NCBI GenBank assembly: GCA_963575745.1
Contig: CAUYUJ010000224.1
Coordinates: forward strand, 62,001-116,609
Direction of reading: 5' to 3'
Origin: Prorocentrum cordatum
Lineage: Eukaryota
Length of the DNA: 54,609 nucleotides
Of the stretch, positions 46,603 to 54,609 are shown in pieces. The first letter of the stretch is position 1. Each line of letters opens with the position of its first letter. Position numbers and translations under genes: made by a program. The notes under the pieces were generated by a model, which saw only the letters and a program-made list of their open reading frames with translations, had not been told where the DNA came from and did not search any database.

Positions 46603-48269
46603 CTCAGGGGTTCATATTTCTGGCGCCGCCCAGGGCGTTCCTCGCGGCGCCCCCCGGAGTCCACGGTCGCCCTCCTCCTCCTCCTCCTCCTCCTCCTCCT
46701 CCTCCTCCTCCTCCCCCTCCTCTCCTCCCTTCTCCTCCTCATCCTCCTCCCCTCCTCCTCCTCCTCCCCATCCCCCCCCCCCCCTGCCCCCCCCCCCCTA
46801 ATGTCGCCCCTGGCCCCCCCCCGGCGCGCCGCCCTGCCTGCGAGCCGCCGGGAGCCCCCACGGCGACGACGACGAGGAGGGAAGAGAACGGCGAGGGAGT
46901 CAAGAGGAAAGAGGAATACGACGGGGGCGATCCCCCACCCCACCTCCACTCCCGAAACGCGCAGAGACGGGGCGCCCAGCAGCGCCGGCGAGCGGGCGCG
47001 AGGCGCCCGCGCGGCGCAACCGCGGCAAGCCCACCGAATTATTTCGACACACAAATAAGAAGCCCCCAAATCAAAGCATTGCTCAGGGAATGCGCAATTG
47101 AAAACTCTGCGATGGACCCCACGACATCCTGGATGGGCCTCAAGCGCGAAACAGCTACGCTGACCCAGCGCGAGACGTCAAAAGAAGGCGCCCCTTAAAG
47201 GCGCGAAGCGAAAAGATGCGGCGCACCAGAACTCGCCGTCGCCGACGCGCTGCCTGGGGCGGCCCCTCAAGCGAGGAGCGGCCCAGCCGCGTCAGCCACG
47301 GGCCGCGCGCGCCGCGCTTGCCGAGAGAACGGTTCGCCTAAGCACCGGCACCGCCGCTCTCTGCCACGGGCGGAGCGACCCCCGGATTGCCTTGACAGAT
47401 CTCCGTCCAGGCGGAGTGACGCTGTTGTGTCAACCCCATCGAGGATGCGCGCGAGGGCTTCGGGGGCCTCGTGTTTCGACCGCCGCAAAATGATACGCGA
47501 AGAGACACCTTGCTTCAGCTCCCCCGCCGCGGCAGAGGGGCCAGAGACCCCCATGTGCACCCCGTGCACCTGTTGGCCTGCAATGCTCACTAGCGTCTAA
47601 CACGACCCCGAATTTCCCAACTTGACAAGCGCAACCCCAGCATGCAAAGCATACTGATGCTCGGCGTTAACAGAGCCAGTCATCGCACGCGGCTGGCCCA
47701 CTCCGAAGCTGGAGTGGCCGACGAGGCGACCCTTGTCACTCACGCGAAACGACGGGAGTGGGCACGGGGCCTGAGACGTCGAGACGGAACTTTGACCCCC
47801 AGGATGGCCACGCGTTGGCCGGGCCCCCGCGCGCACAGCAAGACCGCAATACCAGAGCGCCTCCTGCTTCTTGCCCGTGTCCTGCTCGTCCGAAGTCGTC
47901 GCCCTTCTTCTCCTGCCGCCGCCCTGCCCATCCGATTCCTCATCATCTGAACCTTCATTCTCGCCCTCCCCCGCCATCCTCGCCCTCGTCCTCGCCCTTC
48001 CTCGCCGCCCTCTCACCCCCCCCGCCCTCCGCCGGATAATCACCGTCGCCCCCGTCGCCCCCGCCGCCGCGGCCATCATTATTTCCTCGCCCACCGTGCC
48101 CCAAGAGGCCCCCGGGACTGCCCGCGGGGACCCCAGCGGCTCACCCAGGATGGCCCCGACGGGCCCCCATGAACACTCTACGTTGGGCATGCGTCTCTTT
48201 TACACACCGAGCCCGCCCCGTTCTGGCAAGCGTCGCAAATGGCCCCGCCGATTCAGATGGCGGCTCTAA

Positions 48270-48665
48270 GACGGCCCAAGAGGCCGTCGGAATGCCCCAC
48301 GAAGCCCCCGAGAAATCTCGAAGACGGCCCCGAGGGCCCTCAATGCGGCCCCACAAGCTCTCAGAGCGCCCATCGGAGACTCTCGGGAGCCTCCGGGTAG
48401 CTCCCAAGGGCCTCTCGGGATCTTTCAGCAACCTCCGAGGAATTCCCAGAGGCCTCTCGGGACTTTCAAAGAGTGCCCCCAGGCTTCGCGGGAGCTCTCT
48501 GAGGCCTCTCGGACGCGCGCAGAACTTTCTCGGGATAGCCCAGAGGCCTCTCGAGAGCTCGCTGAAGTCTCACTCGGAGCTCTCCGAAGCCGATCGGACG
48601 CACTCAGAAGCCCCCTGGGGGCCCTCAGGAGCCCATCGGGAACTACCAGAAACTGAAGGGGCCCT
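48270..48665. repeat. Degenerate gcctctcggga..-type short-period repeat; similar tract at ~53560-54120
   Basis: Recurrent gcctctcgg / ctctcgggag motifs on both sides of the CRE-like element. Confidence 0.55.
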
Positions 48666-49606
48666 GGGACAAATACACACAAATGAAATAATTCCCGATA
48701 TTTTCCCATGTGTGATTAGTTGTTGCATTCCCCCCCACTTCCCATATGTTCCCGCATGTTCCTCGGAATCGGCGATTAGTTGTGTCTGTGTGTGTTTTTA
48801 CCCCTCCCGAGAAGCCCCACATCTGCAGGGTCGGGCGCGCGCCTTCTGAAAGGCGGGGCGAGAGTCCACTAAATTCAAAGCAGAGTCGGAGAAGAAGCCC
48901 AACATGCCGCCACGCTGGTTCCGGGCAGGCTGCGCGGCCCGGCGGAGGGGGGCGAGGAGGGGGGAAGGAGGCAGACGACGACGAACGCCCAGGCGGGAGG
49001 CCAGGGCCGGCGGGGCAGGCGGGCACGCAGAAAACGGGCCAGGCGGAAACGGCAGGCAGGGAGCAGGAGGAAAGGAAAGGGAGGGAAGCAACGAGCAGAA
49101 GCGGAGGGAAAGCAGGGGGGGGGAAGAGGAGGAGGAGCAGCAGCAGCAGCAGCCGCAGCAGCAGCAGCAGCAGCAGGGCCAGGCCAGGGGCCGGGAGGGA
49201 TAAGCCACCCGCGACGAATCTACGGACACTACGGCGGCGACAGGGGGGTCGGCGCGGGCGTCGGGAAAGGCGTCGGGGGGAGGGTCGCGGGCGCAAGGGC
49301 GTCGGGAAGGGCGTCGGCGGGGTCGGCCGTGGGCGTCGGAAAAGGCGTCGGGAAGGGAGTCGGGAAGGGCGTCGGGAAGGGCGTCGGGGGGGGGGGGGGG
49401 GGGCCTGACCGAACCCAGCACACTGCGGCTTGGTGGGGAGGGAACCTCCGCGGTATCACCAACCGCCCCGCCGAGGAAGGGACGGCCGGCAGCGCGGGGG
49501 GAGCGCCGGCACGCCATCCGCGAAAAATGGCGCGGGGGAGGCGCCCGCACTGCCCAGCCAGGGCGGGGGGAGTGGGCAGGGGGCGTCAAGCAGCGCCCGG
49601 CCGCGC

Positions 49607-52600
49607 TCACGCGGCGTCCGCCGCGGAGGCCGCCGCGGCCGCGGCCAGGCGGGCCACGACCACTCCCGCCCCTCCAGACTGTGTCTGGAGGCGCCGCAAC
49701 ACCGCCCGCGCGTTCCCCCCGTGCAGGGAGATGGAGAATCGCTGGGCGTGTTGGTCCGCTACCAGGGCGGCGCCCCCCGCGGCGTCAGCCACCCGCTTGG
49801 CCAGGACCCCGAAGGCCCTGCGCGCCTCGCGGCCCCACCCGCCGCCATGGGCCTCCACCACCATGGGGATGAAGGTGAAGCCCTGCTCCGCGCACAGCCG
49901 CGCGGCGTCCTGGTGCTGCCTCTTGAACTCCTCGCATCGCCCCGTCGGCGCGCTGGACGACGCGGCCGACGCGGCGAGGAGATCGGCGCGCAACCCGGAC
50001 GCGGCGGCAATGTCCCAGACCCCGCCGCGCCGTTGCGCCACCTCGGCAGGTAGACGTCGGCGGGGCAGCGGCCGCTGTCGCCCACCTGGGACCCGCCCTG
50101 CTCGCCCCCGGTGGTGGCCCCCCCAGCGTGGCGCGCGGGTAGCAGCCCCGAGCGCTCCAACTCAGCCCCGGCGTGACCAGCGGCCAGGGCGTCGAAGAAG
50201 GCCTGGCTGCGCAGGGCGTCGCGGCGTTTGGTCATGTCGCCGCGGCAGGCGCAGACCAAGGCGCGGTCGCAGTAGACATCCATCACCTCGCCACAGTCTG
50301 GACAAAAGCGCCCCTCCTGCAAGAGCTGGACTCGCAGCCGCCTCTGCAGGCCGACCTGCATGAGACCGCGCGGGAAGGCGGCGCCGGCGGCCTCGCAGGG
50401 CGGCGCCTGAAGCCACGCGGCGGCGCACGGGGCCTGCACCAGGGAGAGGCGCGCCTTGCCGGCCAGGGTGGCGCCCGCCAGGAGCCCTTCGAGCGTGGCG
50501 CTGCCCACCGCGTCGGAGAGGGCTTTCTGGTTGCTGTGCTGGGCGTGGTCGAAAACCACCTTGTCGGCGTCCCGCGCGACTGCGTCGTGGGCCTGCACCG
50601 CCGCCGCCAGGGTACCTCCGTCGTGGTCAGCGCTGCTGGAGTAGCTGGGGTAGAGCCGCTTTCATCAGAGGTCCGTGCTTTTCGCTCGGGAACCAGAGTA
50701 GGCGGCGGCGGCGTGCTGCGCGGCGGAGCGCAGGCCGAGCCCCCCCTTGTCGAGCTTGAGCTGAGCCTGCCGCCAGGCGGCGTCGGAGGGAGAGCAGCCG
50801 CCTAGTTGCCCCCCCCAGGCAAGCCCGGACAGCGTCGCCCATGGCCACCAAGGAGGCGGCGCGCGCATTGGGCGGCACCACGCGCGCGGAGTAGCCCAGC
50901 TTGCAAAAAGAAGCGCACTGCCGCAGGAGGCGCAGCGCGACCTGCGCGTTTTCGAGCGCCCCCAGAGCCCGAAGCAGAGCGGCGGCGTCAGCAACCCGCT
51001 GCCTCGCGCGCCCCGCGCAAAAGTCAGCGCCCCCCATTGGCGCGCCGAGCAGCTCGAAGCTGCGATCGGCGCGGAGGCGGAACCCTTCTGGGAAGCCGCC
51101 CAGAGACACGTCGGAGGCGCCTCCGCCAGTAGGGACAACCTCGCACTTGCCGGGGCCGGTGCTCAGCTGGAGGCCCACCGCGGCGAGCTCGGCCACGAGC
51201 AAGCGGAGGAGGCGAGCGACGGCCGGCGCGTCGCCCGCGAGGCAGCCATCGTCCAAGTGGAAGAAGCTCAGGTCGACGACGCCGTCGGCGTCGTCGCGCG
51301 GCGCGCGCAGGGCGGCCTCGGCGGCGCGCTGGAAGGCAAAAGAAAACAGCAAAGGCCCTAGGGGCCCCCCCCCTGCTGCACCCCGCTCTCGGAGTCGACG
51401 GTCTTCTTGCCCAGGAAGAGAGTCGACGGGCGGGAGTAGCACCAGTCGGCCCAGGGCGCCAGCGCGGGGATCTCTTCGTGGACAGCGCGGAGCAGGACCT
51501 GCCGGTCCAGGGCGTTAAAGGCGTTGGCAATGCCAGCTTAACGAATACCTTCCTCCAGTCACCGAGGTGGCGAGTCCACCACTGGCGCGCCACGTGCACG
51601 GCCGCTTCGGTGCCGCCCGGGACCGCAACGCCGATCTGGAGGGGCGCCAGTCGGTCGCGTGCGGCGTCGGCCACCTCGCGGCAGAGGCACTTGCCGACGA
51701 GGCGCCGGAGCACCTCCTCGACGGCCACTGGGCGTAGGCCTCCGTCTTTCTTAGGCAGGGCCACCAGAGAGGCTCCTGCGAAGTACTTGGAGACGGCCGG
51801 CAGGGCCTGCCCCCTGGGGCAGAAGTCAACAAGGTTCCGAAGCTGGTCGGCGACCTCGCCCCTGTGGGCCGCGGCGAGCAGCGCGTCTTTGAGGCGTTGG
51901 GGTCGGAGGCCCGTCGGCCCCGCAGCCGAGCCCCGGGGGAAGGCCCGCACCTCCCTCCGGACCGCGCCCCCGCCCACCTGTAGGGCGGCAGCCGCGTGGA
52001 CAGCCGGAAGTCTGGCAGGGTCCACTGTTTGGCGGCTGGGCGGGTGCTTCCGGCGCATCTGTTCGACGACGTCTAGGGTGACCTCAGCGGGGGGCTCGCT
52101 GGATAGGGCCGAGCAGCTCTTGGAAGACTGAGCGTCTGCAGCGAGCTGCACGCACCTTTCCGCACGTTTGGAGGCGTCGTCGGAAGCAGTCTTGGCAGCG
52201 CGAACCTCTACGGTCTCGGCCCAAAGGGGGAGCCCGCTCCCCGTCCAACCAGCGCTGGCAAAGCGCCTTGGTCTGCGCTTCCCCGGCCGCCCCGCTGTCT
52301 CGGCCGCAGCGGGCGGGCGGGCGCAAAACAGATATCGGAAGCATCGCGAGCTCAGTCCATGCCGCCTCTGTGTTATAGTGCGTCGTCTGGGCCACCGTCT
52401 GCGTTCAGCACCGTGCCCAAAGGTCCCTGGCGCCCTTCGGGACATAACGCTTGGTGGTAGAGCGTTTGGAGAAGACCTGCTGGAGGGTGGGGAGACCGGC
52501 GCGCCCGTCGGGAGGTCCGTCGCCGACGGCGGGAGCGGCGGCTGCCCCTGGCGCGGCCGCGCGCGCGGCAGGGCGGCATCGCGGGCAGATGCCGCCGTAG

Positions 52601-53574
52601 CGCGTCGACAAGAAGCGCTGGCACACCGAGCGTTGTTCGAGGCGGTGCTCCCGTAAGTACTCGGGCGGGACTGGCGGGAGCCCAGGAAAGCATCCAGCAG
52701 CATGCTCGTTCAAGTGTGGGCGCATGCTTTGGTGGTCCCCCCAGCCAGCGGAGGACGCTGCGTCGCCGCGCGGGCACCCAGGGACTGGGCAGTACACCCG
52801 GACGCGGGCCCGAACCCTGCGTTGGTGGGCCGGGTCGGGTGCGGGAGGGGCGGGAGGCTGGGCGTCGGGTTGGGGGTACGGTTGGGCGTGGGGCTGCGCG
52901 TGGAGTTGGGCATGGGGCTGGGCGTCGGGATGGGCGTGGGACTGGGCGTGGGGGTGGGCGTGGGGCTGGGCGTGTGGCTGGGCATGAGGCTGGGCGTGGG
53001 GTTGGCGTGGGGCTGGGCGTGAGGGTAGGCGTGGGGCTGGGCGTGGGTGGGGGCTGGGCGTGGGGCTGGGCGTGGGATTGGGCGCGCCTGGGTGAGCCGG
53101 AGGCTGGGCGTGGGGTTGGGCATAAGGCTGGGCGTGCGGGTGGGCGTGGGATTGGGCGTGAGGGTGGGCGTGGGGCTGGGCGTGTGGCTGGGCATGAGGC
53201 TGGGCGTGGGGTTGGGCGTGGGACTGGGCGTGAGGCTGGGCGTGGGGTTGGGCGTGGGGCTGGGCGTGTGGCTGGGCGTGGAGCTGGGCGTGGGGTTGGG
53301 CGTGGGGCTGGGCGCCTGGGTGGGCCGGAGGCTGGGCGTGGGGTTGGGCATGGGGCTGGGCGTGCGGGTGGGCGTGGGATTGGGCGCCCTGGGTCTGGGC
53401 ATGGAGTTGGGCGTGGGGTTGCGCGCCCGGGTGGGCTGGAGGCTGGGTGCGGGAGGGCTGGTGGTGAAGTAGCTCCTGGCCGGCAGCAGGCGGCGCTGCC
53501 TGTGAGGCTGCCGGCGTGGCACTCTCCCAATGAACGCTGGCCACGGATCTGTTGGCAGCCTCGGACGCTCTCAA
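49607..53574 (-). mobile_element. Decayed CRE-like non-LTR retrotransposon (N-terminal ZnF, RT, CCHC, restriction-like endonuclease)
   Basis: [155 protein letters not shown]. Several frameshifts. Confidence 0.85.
52855..53425 (-). repeat. 12-bp repeat encoding (HAQP)n at the N-terminus of the CRE-like ORF
   Basis: (gggcgtggggct)n on +; one frameshift near 53050-53080. Confidence 0.85.
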
Positions 53575-54432
53575 AAGGGGCCTCGGGAAATCTCAGGGGC
53601 CACTGGGACGCTCCCGAAGGCCACTCAGGAAATCCCAGAAGCCTCTCGGGAGCGCCAAGGGATCTCTCGGAGATCTCTCGGGACGTCTCGGATGCATCTT
53701 CGGAAGCTCACAGAAGCCCCTTCGGGAGCTCTCAGGCCCTCTCGAGAGCTCGCAGGGCCTCTCGGTAATGTTCAGAGACATCTGTTAAGCTCTCAGAATC
53801 TGCTTGGGGTGCCTCAACAGCGTTTCGGGAGCTTTGAGAAACCTCTTCAGAAATCCCCAGGGCCTCTCGGAGGCTCGCAGAAGCTTTTCGGAAGCTCCCA
53901 GTGGCCTCGCGGCAACCCTCATAAGCCGCTCGGAACCGTGTAGAAGCCTCCCGGAAGCCTTCACAAATTTGCGAAGCCCCCTCGGAAGCTCCCAAAGGTC
54001 TTAGAACATGCTCAGGATTCAACGAAGTCTAGAGAGTTCTGTGGATTCCTGAGAGGCGCTCCGAATTCTGTCGGATTTCCTTTGGATTCCTCGGGAGTCC
54101 TCAGGAGGCCTCAGGATTCCTCAATTCGTCTTCGAGTGCTGTCGCGTCAAATCGGAATCCGAACGGCCCCGCCGGGAATCACAAAGAATTCCACAGGAAC
54201 CCGAATTGCGTTGTAAGGGTTTCGACGCGCTTCTGGGGGGCAATATGAGGAAGGCGAAACGTGACCAAAGGAATCATTTGAAAATCGTCCGGCGCATGTC
54301 AACCCGGCCATAAACCAAGTGTGACTTACTCGTAATGTGTATTCGGTTTCCATATGCCAATACTGCCGGCCTTACACAAGTACCGGCCATAGTAGACGGG
54401 CGGGACGCTTCCGGCCACAGAAAAAGGGTGAT

Positions 54433-54471
54433 CCTACTACAACGACGACTACTACTACTACTACTACTACG

Positions 54472-54524
<53 letters not shown>

Positions 54525-54544
54525 GACTACGACTACGACTGCTT

Positions 54545-54609
<65 letters not shown>
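54433..54609. repeat. (CTA)n microsatellite running off the window end
   Basis: Directly visible. Confidence 0.95.

Noticed and set aside
45906..47198. Cys/Val-rich and His/Thr-rich ORFs
   Set aside because: Translations of the GT-rich low-complexity tract.

Overview
GC-rich eukaryotic scaffold segment with three 100-N gaps, made almost entirely of repeats and decayed mobile elements. No intact protein-coding gene is supported. Two relic dinoflagellate spliced-leader (DinoSL) sequences and a GC-AG intron suggest a dinoflagellate genome (inference). Main contents: (1) Three copies (6967-12957, 35791-37921, 41659-45015) of one element with Helentron/Helitron2-like ends (asymmetric CCCAACCAT/ATGGTTGGG inverted repeats plus terminal hairpins). 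Each carries an array of 90-bp hairpin-containing units, and one still holds a truncated PIF1-type helicase interrupted by an introner-like intron. (2) A decayed near-full-length APE-RT-RNase H LINE whose 5' end is a relic spliced leader. (3) A decayed CRE-like RT-RLE retrotransposon and a second LINE 3' fragment. (4) A Merlin/ISXO2-like transposase relic, several MITEs and an SL-headed retrocopy. (5) Probable minus-strand host exons and many micro- and minisatellites. Most long ORFs in the supplied track are repeat artefacts. All family assignments come from motif recognition by eye, not from database searches.
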